In this document: positions 34,282 to 43,299 of the stretch, one piece after another
Layout: each line of letters begins with the position of its first letter
Position numbering within the stretch: the first letter of the stretch is position 1
Virus record (IMG/VR): IMGVR_UViG_3300036770_002992
Location: 1 to 58,767 of that record
Reading direction: 5' to 3' (one strand)
DNA from: a virus
Taxonomy: Duplodnaviria; Caudoviricetes
DNA length: 58,767 bases
Translations under genes and position numbers: made by a program
Notes under the pieces: generated by a model
Told to the model about the DNA's origin: nothing
What the model saw: only the letters and a program-made list of their open reading frames with translations
The model's database searches: none

Positions 34282-34606
34282 TTAGATACTCCGCTCTTAG
34301 TTGACGAGTCTTTGTTCTTGCCGCTGCCCTGATTTTATCATCCTTTTCTGAGGCAAGTCTAGACAAATGTATACTGGAAAAATTATTGTAGAACCATGGT
34401 AACGAGTGGCCTTCACGATTGGTCTTAAAGTAATAGATAAGAGTTTTTGATACTCCATCTCTACCAAAATCTTCAACTAGTGAGGACATTCCCCACTTCT
34501 CCTTATATTTGTTAATAATTGGAGGTTGGCTGTATCTTTCCCAATAAAGTTGAGCATACTCTGATAGTAGTGAGTATGCGTCCTTGTCATTCTTATTTGC
34601 TGCCAC
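34268..34606 (-). CDS. Hypothetical protein upstream of the helicase
   Basis: 112-aa ORF; position suggests a helicase partner (inference). Confidence 0.7.
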   Translation of the reverse strand: MAANKNDKDAYSLLSEYAQLYWERYSQPPIINKYKEKWGMSSLVEDFGRDGVSKTLIYYFKTNREGHSLPWFYNNFSSIHLSRLASEKDDKIRAAARTKTRQLRAEYLNGIS

Positions 34607-34811
34607 TTAGATCTGCCTCAATCTCTTGAACGCGACGAATAAGTTGCTCCTCTACAAAATCATAAACCCTGTCCATAGCCTGAGCGACCGTTTCAGTATT
34701 TCGAACGTAGTCTTCTACACCCAGGTCCACATGGATGTTCTCGTAGTTACCTAAATTTCTTACGAACTTCAGGCCCACCTTCACCCGCGTCGGACTCATC
34801 TCCTGGCTCAT
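34593..34811 (-). CDS. Conserved phage hypothetical protein
   Basis: V.VGL...RNLGNYE...D.G.ED motif. Confidence 0.7.
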   Translation of the reverse strand: MSQEMSPTRVKVGLKFVRNLGNYENIHVDLGVEDYVRNTETVAQAMDRVYDFVEEQLIRRVQEIEADLSGSK

Positions 34812-35058
34812 CAAATGTCTCCAATACACTAGTAAATCCAATCGGGTTAGGCCTATCATCCTCTGGCTCACCCAAATATTTTGCTAAATCGTACCATGCT
34901 TTTGCCACCTTAATCAATGCTTCTGAGTCTTCTGAATCTTTTGCGACATTTCCTGCACGCATTAATGTCAAGCAGCAAGCAAGCAGGGTGCTTTCCGTAG
35001 ATATTGTCTCTCCGATAAATTCAATTAATTTATCTTCTTCAGTTTTCTTTTTGCCCAT
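34747..35058 (-). CDS. Hypothetical protein
   Basis: MGKKKTEED..., contains PIGF motif; TAATG coupled. Confidence 0.6.
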   Translation of the reverse strand: MGKKKTEEDKLIEFIGETISTESTLLACCLTLMRAGNVAKDSEDSEALIKVAKAWYDLAKYLGEPEDDRPNPIGFTSVLETFDEPGDESDAGEGGPEVRKKFR

Positions 35059-35591
35059 TAAAAATCTACCGTCCTCCACACAGGAATATATTCTCCGCTT
35101 TCTGTTTGAACGTAAAGAACGTCCCTGCGTCCAAGTCTAGCATCTACTTCTTCCTTTGTAACTGTCCTGTGAAGAGGGGTTATAGCACCATCTTTTCTTG
35201 GACGACCGTAATGAACATTAGCAAAATAATCTTGAATATCTAAGACATCATCTTCATTAAAATAAAATTTACCATTAGGTCCAGATTGTTGTGGTCGTTT
35301 AATATCTCCAGCAGTTATTGCGATTCTTATTCTTTCTGGATGACGGCTTACCATTTTTGCTACTTCATTAATAAGATACGCCTTCTTTGCGTGCTTTTTC
35401 ATAGTTTTATATGGATATCTAATCATTTTGTCTTGAACAAAATTCCATGTAGTGACAACATCTGCCGGAATATTAATATGAATGATATGGTGAAGTTCGC
35501 CGTTAATAAATATTTTTCGTCGGCGCTTAGGGGTTTTTAGTACCCCATATCTCTTCCCATCAGATACAGAGTTTCTTTCTTCATTATCCAT
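35058..35591 (-). CDS. MerR-like HTH DNA-binding protein
   Basis: YLINEVAKMVSRHPERIR....G.I..P.....YFNEDDV. Confidence 0.7.
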   Translation of the reverse strand: MDNEERNSVSDGKRYGVLKTPKRRRKIFINGELHHIIHINIPADVVTTWNFVQDKMIRYPYKTMKKHAKKAYLINEVAKMVSRHPERIRIAITAGDIKRPQQSGPNGKFYFNEDDVLDIQDYFANVHYGRPRKDGAITPLHRTVTKEEVDARLGRRDVLYVQTESGEYIPVWRTVDF

Positions 35592-35728
35592 CTTCCGAAG
35601 CCTCCATACTTTTCAGGGTACCTAAGTGGCCATCTTTTACCACAACGTAAACAGTATAACTCAACATGGATGTCAGACCCTAAAGTTCGGTCTACCATCA
35701 CCTTACCATCACACTTTTTGCACAACAT
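35537..35728 (-). CDS. Zn-ribbon protein
   Basis: CKKCDG.V.VDR...CLRCG. Confidence 0.7.
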   Translation of the reverse strand: MLCKKCDGKVMVDRTLGSDIHVELYCLRCGKRWPLRYPEKYGGFGRWIMKKETLYLMGRDMGY

Positions 35729-36492
35729 TATGCAGTAAAGACCTTTCCGTCCACCACACAGGTATAGTCATGAATTTGAATCAACTGCATATGAGGATAA
35801 TCATTTACTACATGGGCAACGGCAAACCCTGCCTGCCAGTTCTTTTGAATTGAATAATCCATTTGATCTTCATCGCATAGATGACCAATTTCATAGCCTC
35901 TTAGTTCCTGACCGCTTAGATTGTATGTCTGAAAATACGCTCCCATACGATGCGAGTGGCCGCGTACAAGAGAAACGCCCCAATTATTAACATCATTACG
36001 AACCGATTCTCCAGAATGCTTTGAGATTGATTCCCCATGGTGTCCATACATATCTCCAAATCTTTTTACTGGAGGATCTTGATACAAGTGCCATTCAAAT
36101 CCCACTTTTGAGTATTCATAGAGGGAGTCTGGTGTTACTACATCTAGAAAGGCGGGTGCCTTTTTTGATAGATAGTCCCCGTGACGAGTCCAACCATGAT
36201 TCCCGTCATGAAAATGGCAATCAGCCTTCGGTACGATAGCCCTGATGTCTTGAAGAAATTTTCGTGTCCCATCTACGCCTCCATCATTAATTGATACCGA
36301 CATTTCTGCAGGCTTATCAGCAGCCCAGCGGCTAGTAGAATCAGCATCGTCAATATCCCCTAGTAAATCTACGGCATCTGGTTTCATCCATTTCATGACC
36401 TTAAGGAAAAGTTCTACCTTTCGTGGGTCATGACGAGGGAAATGTACATCTGAAACCATCATCCACTTAAGATCATTTTTTGCCTGTGTCAT
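35728..36492 (-). CDS. Calcineurin-like metallophosphoesterase
   Basis: SDVH, GDIDD, GNH, HHG, GHSH motifs. Confidence 0.9.
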   Translation of the reverse strand: MTQAKNDLKWMMVSDVHFPRHDPRKVELFLKVMKWMKPDAVDLLGDIDDADSTSRWAADKPAEMSVSINDGGVDGTRKFLQDIRAIVPKADCHFHDGNHGWTRHGDYLSKKAPAFLDVVTPDSLYEYSKVGFEWHLYQDPPVKRFGDMYGHHGESISKHSGESVRNDVNNWGVSLVRGHSHRMGAYFQTYNLSGQELRGYEIGHLCDEDQMDYSIQKNWQAGFAVAHVVNDYPHMQLIQIHDYTCVVDGKVFTA

Positions 36493-36937
36493 TATTCGCC
36501 TTTCGTCGGCATATTCTTGAGCAAAAATCCCATAAATGTTCTTTAATTACGGGAACGGTGTAAATCTTACCACACCAGCCACAAGTCTTGTCAACCTTTA
36601 TGGCTTTACATGCGGACCTACATTTTACTCTGTTCTTCATTATTGATGGAGATCCATAAAAATCCATCGAACAATACTTACATGTCTTTTTAATCCAAGA
36701 TGAATTAAGTTTATACATAGAAACAGTTTTCATGCCGTGCGCTTTATCATGTTCTTGGCGGTGGCATACAAAAAGGTTTTCTAACCTATTATCTGTTTTT
36801 ATTTCATTTATATGATGGACAGATTCATAGTCTTTTAACTTTCGACCCAAATATTTTTCCATTACCAATATGTGTTCATAATACAGGCCACGAATGGACT
36901 TTGGGTGGTCGGAAGGTATTAAATTATATCCAGCCAT
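36473..36937 (-). CDS. HNH homing endonuclease with C-terminal Zn fingers
   Basis: YEHILVME..LGR.L...E.VHHINEIKTDNRLENL; CxxC...CxxxC repeats. Confidence 0.88.
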   Translation of the reverse strand: MAGYNLIPSDHPKSIRGLYYEHILVMEKYLGRKLKDYESVHHINEIKTDNRLENLFVCHRQEHDKAHGMKTVSMYKLNSSWIKKTCKYCSMDFYGSPSIMKNRVKCRSACKAIKVDKTCGWCGKIYTVPVIKEHLWDFCSRICRRKANNDTGKK

Positions 36938-36940
36938 TAA

Positions 36941-37396
36941 CTATTTAGAGGTAGTACCAAAGGCAACATAATTAATTTCTACCTTGGTGCTATTATTACG
37001 CTTTCTTAACAACTTTACCCTATAAGAAAAATTATTATTAGTTATTTTGGTAATAATAAGATAGCCGATGGGTATGCCTCCTCCTGCTGCTGGATCAACG
37101 AGGGTAGCGAGAACTATTGGGTTGCTATTAAAACCTGCACCGTTTCCGCTTCCCTGTCCTACTCTGAATCCTATAGTTCCATCGTCGCTAGTTCTATTTT
37201 CTGGAATAGTTAATGTGTCTGAGCCAAATATTATTAGCGGTTTATTCTTAGAATTACCTGTTTCGGGCCCTCTGATCTCAATGAGTTCTTCATTACCTTC
37301 TTCCGGCTCTTTGATGTCATTAATAGATTGAATGATTTGATTCAGAAGTTGGTAAGTAAACGGCTGTCCGTCTGAAATCGTATTAATTCTCGCCAT
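36941..37396 (-). CDS. Probable virion structural protein
   Basis: GQP.TY..LNQI N-terminus and beta-rich C-terminus ending INYVAFG. Confidence 0.6.
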   Translation of the reverse strand: MARINTISDGQPFTYQLLNQIIQSINDIKEPEEGNEELIEIRGPETGNSKNKPLIIFGSDTLTIPENRTSDDGTIGFRVGQGSGNGAGFNSNPIVLATLVDPAAGGGIPIGYLIITKITNNNFSYRVKLLRKRNNSTKVEINYVAFGTTSK

Positions 37397-37553
37397 CTAA
37401 TTTAGCCTCAAGTTCGATAATTTTCTTGTCTCTAGCCTGAATTTGTTCAGTAGCCTGAGCCTTCATTACTGCTAGTTTTGTTTCATAGTCGCTGGTCATC
37501 TGACCAATACGCTGTTGAAGTTCTTGTACAATAAGTTCTAATGTGTTTGACAT
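37383..37553 (-). CDS. Small coiled-coil protein (56 aa, not in ORF track)
   Basis: MSNTLELIVQELQQRIGQMTSDYETKLAVMKAQAT...; TAATG coupled. Confidence 0.75.
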   Translation of the reverse strand: MSNTLELIVQELQQRIGQMTSDYETKLAVMKAQATEQIQARDKKIIELEAKLDGEN

Positions 37554-37804
37554 TAATTTCCCTCTTCTGTTTCTGGATACTGAATATTTAATTCAGTCAA
37601 TTTACTTTCTAGCACTTGCTCTTTCAAAGAATATTGTAGCATTTCATTAGAAAATGCTTCAAGTAAAATTTCTGATGGGTCGGGTAAAGAATTTTCTTGA
37701 AGAATGTTTAATTCAAGGCCGTACTTATTTAATTGAATATTTTTTAATTGTGACTTAATCACCTGTTTTTTTTCTTGTGCTGATAATTCTAGATAATCTG
37801 ACAT
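37553..37804 (-). CDS. Coiled-coil hypothetical protein
   Basis: 83 aa; AGGAGGAG SD. Confidence 0.7.
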   Translation of the reverse strand: MSDYLELSAQEKKQVIKSQLKNIQLNKYGLELNILQENSLPDPSEILLEAFSNEMLQYSLKEQVLESKLTELNIQYPETEEGN

Positions 37805-37828
37805 AACTCCTCCTTTCGATATTTTATA

Positions 37829-39937
37829 TTATACATTAAATGTAGCCGATGTTGTCCATGCACTAACTCCTACGGCATTTACTGCTCTTACCCTAGCCTG
37901 GTGCGTTCCTCCCGTAATACCTGAAACTGTTGCTTGGAATGTTGAGGCGGAAAATGTTCCAACAGCAGTCCAACTAGTACCACCTATCTTCTGCCTTTCT
38001 ACTTGATATCCAGTTATTGGACTTCCGCCCGTTGAGGACGCGGCCCCCCAATTTATCCTAAATGATGTGTTTGTCAGTTTAGTTCCGCTAACACTACTAG
38101 GTGCCCCTGGAACAGTAGGTGTAGTTTGGGACGTAGTATTTGAATATGAACTTGCACCTACTGCATTAAAAACCCTCATTCTGTACGAATATGTGGTCCC
38201 TGCCGACAGACCAGAGTTAGAGTATGTGGTTGTACCAACAGCAACATTTACTAGAAAACCATATGTCCCGCTATTTACAGATCTTTCTAGTTGTTGAGTT
38301 GTTATTGCACTCCCCCCGTTAGATCCTAGAGACCAAGAAAGGTTGATGGAGTTTGTTCCGACTAGACCGCTAGAAAGACTGGGTGCGGCTGGAACGGTTG
38401 GTATAAATACTGATGGAGCATTTGACCATGGGCCCGGTCCTACCTCATTGAGGGCGGCAACTCTATGCCAATAGGTGGTGCCTGAGGTAAATCCAGAAAA
38501 TGATATTGAATTCCCTGTTGTATTTTGAATAAAGTTAAATCCTGAAGTCGGTCCAGTTGTTGACCTTTGAATCTGATATCTAGAAATTGTCCCCCCGCCA
38601 TCGGATGGCGTCGTCCAAGATAGATTTATTCCCGTCGTTCCGCTTAAGGCTGCGCTAAGAGATGGTGCCCCTGGAAGGCTGGGAGTGGGAGTGGTAAAAC
38701 TTACATAACCCACTGCTGAGCCAAATTGATTTCCAAGTGTGACCGTTGCCAAGTAAGTAATATTACCAACTACAGACATGACAACTGAAGTTGCTCCAGA
38801 TGTTACTGTTCCAGTATCAACTGCGCCAAAATCTAGTTGGACGCGGTAGGTCGTCTGATTTGTTGAATTCCATGATATTGTTGCGTTTTTAGTAGTAATG
38901 TTGCTGGCGGTAACATTACTTATGGTTGGCTTATAACCAACAGTACCCAGCGTGGATGGTGCCAAAACGTCGGTCCAGTTAGAATATACTCCTCCAACTA
39001 GAAGTCTGGCTCCAACCCTACAGGTAACATAGTATCCGTTGTCAGATGCCGACAGAGTATAATTAGAAGAATTTGCACCTGAAATATCTGTCCAAGTAGA
39101 ATTATTTGAACTTCTAACCCATTGATATCTATAATATAAAGTTCCTGTTCCCGACCAAGATCCATTAGTAACCGACCTAAATTCACCAATCGCCCTAGAT
39201 CCAGATATTGATGGAAGAACAGTATTTACTGGCGCTGGCGGGGAGTCTGTTGTAAATGGGGTTCCTGTAAGAGATGCTGTATCCCCAGTAGAAGATTTTA
39301 TTATAATTTGCGGACTATATGTAGTGCTGGGATCTAATCCTGTAAAATTATATGATTGAGCGGAGGTACTTGATATTTCTCCAGAATCTTTAATTCCTGT
39401 TCCTTCACCTAATTCATAGTACAAATATATCCTGTATGTAGATTGATTTGTTGATACCCACGAAAAATTGGCAGAGTTAGAGGTTTTTGATACTAATGTA
39501 AAGTTAGAAACTGTTGGAATAAGGGGAACTGTTATTGTTGTTGTATCTGATGCAAGAGTATTTGTTTCTGAATACACTCTAAGAATAATAGAATATGTTC
39601 CTGGGGACAATCCAGTAATAGTATATGACTGTGCTTGTGTGTAAGTTAGGCCCGTTTGTTGCTGAGATCCGCCAGACAATGTATATAAAATATTAATATA
39701 CTCTTGATATTCTGAATCCCAGTTTAATGTTATAGAGTTTCCTGTAGCAGAAGCGCTTGTTATCGATACTGTTGGAGTTAATGTTCCAAAGACTACCGTC
39801 CATCCAGTCATTGTGTTAGCGGCTGGCTCATAAGTCCATGCTACATTTACGTCCCTCCAGTTAGTTCCGTCAAAGACGGATGGCTCCGTTACTGTCCTCC
39901 AGTTGGTTCCGTCAAAAACACTCATTTCTTTAGCCAT
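37829..39937 (-). CDS. Tail fibre/adhesin with multiple fibronectin type III and Ig-like domains
   Basis: Repeated P.AP...I.LSW..P..GG..I..Y...Y..RV.A.N.VG...S; tandem SVFDGTNWR at N-terminus; Ser/Thr rich. Confidence 0.85.
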   Translation of the reverse strand: MAKEMSVFDGTNWRTVTEPSVFDGTNWRDVNVAWTYEPAANTMTGWTVVFGTLTPTVSITSASATGNSITLNWDSEYQEYINILYTLSGGSQQQTGLTYTQAQSYTITGLSPGTYSIILRVYSETNTLASDTTTITVPLIPTVSNFTLVSKTSNSANFSWVSTNQSTYRIYLYYELGEGTGIKDSGEISSTSAQSYNFTGLDPSTTYSPQIIIKSSTGDTASLTGTPFTTDSPPAPVNTVLPSISGSRAIGEFRSVTNGSWSGTGTLYYRYQWVRSSNNSTWTDISGANSSNYTLSASDNGYYVTCRVGARLLVGGVYSNWTDVLAPSTLGTVGYKPTISNVTASNITTKNATISWNSTNQTTYRVQLDFGAVDTGTVTSGATSVVMSVVGNITYLATVTLGNQFGSAVGYVSFTTPTPSLPGAPSLSAALSGTTGINLSWTTPSDGGGTISRYQIQRSTTGPTSGFNFIQNTTGNSISFSGFTSGTTYWHRVAALNEVGPGPWSNAPSVFIPTVPAAPSLSSGLVGTNSINLSWSLGSNGGSAITTQQLERSVNSGTYGFLVNVAVGTTTYSNSGLSAGTTYSYRMRVFNAVGASSYSNTTSQTTPTVPGAPSSVSGTKLTNTSFRINWGAASSTGGSPITGYQVERQKIGGTSWTAVGTFSASTFQATVSGITGGTHQARVRAVNAVGVSAWTTSATFNV

Positions 39938-41466
39938 TAAGTGTACCTCAAATGTATATCACCAGTTGTTCTTCCAGAAGTAGGGGGTGCCCCCGTTCCA
40001 AAAGTTATTTTATTAGCGGGTGTCGGGCTAGTTGTTGCATTTCTATAGGCATTTCCTGCCGCGATATTTGTTAATCCAGATCCATCTCCAACAAAAGTCC
40101 CTCCACCGTAAAGTTCTATATTCCCTCCATTAAGATCGAACTCAACCGATCTTGTATCATTAGTTCCAGCAGGATTGCTAGCAATTTTTAAACCATTTAG
40201 GTAATTATAATAAATATAAAATTTATTAGCGCCTGTTTCTGTAGTGAATATTATATTAGGATCACTACCGACCGTAGAATCATTGATTAAAATCCTTTGG
40301 CTTAAATTGTTAATTCCTGTCTGCAACTTTTTTACTGTTAAGTTATTAACATCTATTCTATTTGCATCGATGGTTCCCGTGGTAATTCTTCCTCCATCGA
40401 TCGTGGTTGTACCCGATGGCCCTAAGTCTGATTCATCAATAAAACCAGAGATGTCTCCCTCTGTAGCATATCCTGAAATAGTTACTGCTCCGGTTTGCGA
40501 ATTTACGTTAAATGTAACCTGGCTGGCTGAATTATATGCAGTTATTCCTAAAGCATTTATTTTAAAGCCCCTAGTACCCAATAAAGGCTGGCTTGCAATG
40601 CTAACAAGATTGGCATTTATGGTTCCAGTTGTAATATTATTGCCATTAATTGTTGTAGAACCAGTTGTAATTAAATCGGCGTCGGTTACAAATCCAGCAT
40701 CATAAAGGAAGTCTACGGACGCTGATAGAGAATTAAGATCGATGGTTAGGTCTGATATAGAAGCAGATAGCCTATCATTGATATCATCAATTACGGACTG
40801 AACATTAGCGCTCGCACTTTCTAGATCCTCTTCTGTTGCATATCCACCAATGGTTACAATGCCAGTTTCTGCGTCTATATTAAAAGTGGGTGTTCCAGAA
40901 CTACTATATGATGTAAACCCTGAATTATTTAATACTATTCCACCGTTTGTCTCTGCATCTTCAGATGTGAATAGCCCGCCGCTGACTGTTAAATTCCCAG
41001 ATATGTCTCCCTCTGTTGCCTCTATTCTTCCTCTGACAGCCACATTGGTAAAAATAGCATTGCCTCCAGCAGTAATGCCCCATCCTAGAGAACCAACACT
41101 TTTGTCCGCCCAATCTTCATAGATTACGGATACCGAGTCTGTTTCTCCATAATCGGCAGAAACAACGTTTCCCTGATCATCAAGATAATTAATAGTAACT
41201 ATCCCAGTATTATCTATGTCAGGCTCGTCGGCTTCCACCGAAACAACAGAAAAATACTCTCCACCGGACTCTACTTGTATTAAATATCCAGGATTAACTT
41301 CGATTGCATCTATTTCACCTTCAAACTTTGGAATAGACCCATCGAAATCAAAGGACGACAACATTGGGGTGTTGAGTTTAAATGACCCATCTGCATCAAT
41401 AAAGACTGGCATGGGCTGAATTTGAAGATTAATCTCCTGTGGCTCAAAAGTATTTTCAGACATCAC
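39937..41466 (-). CDS. Minor tail/tail-spike protein with internal repeats
   Basis: GW.I...GNA.F.N..VRG.I.A; duplicated TTI.G..ITTGTI.AN and TFN....TG.VTI.GYATE.D segments. Confidence 0.75.
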   Translation of the reverse strand: MMSENTFEPQEINLQIQPMPVFIDADGSFKLNTPMLSSFDFDGSIPKFEGEIDAIEVNPGYLIQVESGGEYFSVVSVEADEPDIDNTGIVTINYLDDQGNVVSADYGETDSVSVIYEDWADKSVGSLGWGITAGGNAIFTNVAVRGRIEATEGDISGNLTVSGGLFTSEDAETNGGIVLNNSGFTSYSSSGTPTFNIDAETGIVTIGGYATEEDLESASANVQSVIDDINDRLSASISDLTIDLNSLSASVDFLYDAGFVTDADLITTGSTTINGNNITTGTINANLVSIASQPLLGTRGFKINALGITAYNSASQVTFNVNSQTGAVTISGYATEGDISGFIDESDLGPSGTTTIDGGRITTGTIDANRIDVNNLTVKKLQTGINNLSQRILINDSTVGSDPNIIFTTETGANKFYIYYNYLNGLKIASNPAGTNDTRSVEFDLNGGNIELYGGGTFVGDGSGLTNIAAGNAYRNATTSPTPANKITFGTGAPPTSGRTTGDIHLRYT

Positions 41467-42341
41467 TCTGCCCTACCAAAAATGACATTTCCAGAATCAT
41501 TGACTTGCAACCATTCACCAATCCAATTTTCCCCATTATATACATATCTGGCTATGGCGATATAGCAGAGAACTTTTTCTCCCTTTTCATCATTAAGAAT
41601 AAAGGATTTAGTTTTTGATTTTTTCCCAATAAACTGTACCACATCTGATCTGGGCGGAGGATTTTTAAGATCAATCTGTTTTTCATCACCGTCCATTATT
41701 CTATATTTAATAGATGCTTTATTAGGCCCATTGAATTGTTTATAGGCAAATACTACTATATCCTCCACATTACCCTTTTTGGGTGGAGAAGTAGGCTTTT
41801 CAGAAACTAATGTTTTTAATAAACTGTCTGGTAACTCAACCGTAATATCTCTTTGCTTTATCTTTCTTTCTAATTCCTGGACTGTTCCAGATATTATAGT
41901 AGAAGAATTTGGACTGGGAGAAAAACTGTTATTTACGCTAAAATGGGCCCCACTCTTACCCTCTTTGTTTTGTTTTACCCGCACCCCCTGAACAGAATTT
42001 AATCCCGCCCCAGGAAAATTAATAATTACTTTATCGTCTGGCTGTAACTCACCTTTCTTTTTGTTTGAATTTAGCCTGACAAATAAGAGATATCTGTTTT
42101 CTGACAAAGCGCCCTTTTTCTTGTATGCGTTGCAATTAAATACCCTATTGTCTCCGCCAATCAGCCTGTCTTTAATCGCCACTTTCATTTTAATTCCCTT
42201 TAATTTACTTACTAATGGTGGAGCCGGAGGGGGAAGAATTTTTACAGTATCCTCTACCTCCTCTCCGAAAATAGTCATTCTAATAAGAATTTCTACTTCT
42301 TGACCAGGAACCAGATTTCTATCAAGGCTTATATTAGACAT
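41463..42341 (-). CDS. Hypothetical basic protein in the tail module
   Basis: 292-aa Lys-rich ORF coupled to neighbours. Confidence 0.7.
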   Translation of the reverse strand: MSNISLDRNLVPGQEVEILIRMTIFGEEVEDTVKILPPPAPPLVSKLKGIKMKVAIKDRLIGGDNRVFNCNAYKKKGALSENRYLLFVRLNSNKKKGELQPDDKVIINFPGAGLNSVQGVRVKQNKEGKSGAHFSVNNSFSPSPNSSTIISGTVQELERKIKQRDITVELPDSLLKTLVSEKPTSPPKKGNVEDIVVFAYKQFNGPNKASIKYRIMDGDEKQIDLKNPPPRSDVVQFIGKKSKTKSFILNDEKGEKVLCYIAIARYVYNGENWIGEWLQVNDSGNVIFGRAE

Positions 42342-43297
42342 TATGATCCAATTTGATTAAATCCTACTGAAAGTGAGTATTCTATTGTTAAAGGAATTCC
42401 TGGAGGTTTTCTTACTGGGCTTGCTAATACCGCCCGTGAAATCATTCCTGTAATAGTGTCTTGTAGGTAAGAACCAAAGTCTATTTTAAACCCATCTAGA
42501 TACAGGGCCGATCCACTCGTTTGCCATATTCGTGCGGAGGTAATACTACTCCACCGTGGGGACCCTGTAATTACAGCAGATCCTTTTTCTGCAGATACAA
42601 TAAAATATCCCGAAGCCGCAGGAGTGGTAAAGATATAATCAAAATAATTAGTCTCATCGGTATAGAATCTAAAATATACACTAGATGAAAAAAGATTAAA
42701 GTCGAATCCGGCCAACCTAAAGGTATCGAATGAGGTATATCTATCAATTTCTTCTAAAACATTGTCATTCGTTTGATAACTGATATATGAATTAGATCCA
42801 TCTGTATCTGGAAGAGAAAACATTTCTGTCCCTATTCTTGCTTCTACCGATTCCACCAAAGCCCCTGCACTTGCAGATCCAACCTTAGTAAATAAATCAA
42901 CTCTATCAAAATCAAAAATGGTGGAGCCAGTAACATCTGAATTTGTAGAATTTATGCCTCCTGGGAATAGCCCCACTTCATATATTTGATAATTCGCGGT
43001 GGACTCAATAACGCCTCTGTATACTAAAATGTCAACCGAATTAGATAATTCTAAAGATGATCCAACAACAGGGGTCCTGCCAATTTCAAATTGTAATCCA
43101 TTGTTTGTTATTAGATTAGTTGATGAGTCTACATTGTTTGCCTCCTGGCCAATTCCGTATGATATTACTCCTCCAAAATTGGGAACGATTCCAAGTAATG
43201 ATTTGATGGCGATAGCGCGGCCCACCGAGGTAAGGGCATTCTTTTCCTCATGAACTACTTGATTCTCTAAAATAAATTTATATGTGCCTTCTATCAT
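42341..43297 (-). CDS. Probable tail/baseplate structural protein
   Basis: N.LT..GR..., L.FEIGR.PV, IYEVGLF, SR.VL..P..K......IEY motifs. Confidence 0.7.
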   Translation of the reverse strand: MIEGTYKFILENQVVHEEKNALTSVGRAIAIKSLLGIVPNFGGVISYGIGQEANNVDSSTNLITNNGLQFEIGRTPVVGSSLELSNSVDILVYRGVIESTANYQIYEVGLFPGGINSTNSDVTGSTIFDFDRVDLFTKVGSASAGALVESVEARIGTEMFSLPDTDGSNSYISYQTNDNVLEEIDRYTSFDTFRLAGFDFNLFSSSVYFRFYTDETNYFDYIFTTPAASGYFIVSAEKGSAVITGSPRWSSITSARIWQTSGSALYLDGFKIDFGSYLQDTITGMISRAVLASPVRKPPGIPLTIEYSLSVGFNQIGS

Positions 43298-43299
43298 AA

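Noticed and set aside
37829-41466. Diversity-generating retroelement targeting the tail fibres
   Set aside because: No reverse transcriptase and no TR/VR pair differing at adenines were seen; the internal repeats are ordinary protein-domain repeats.
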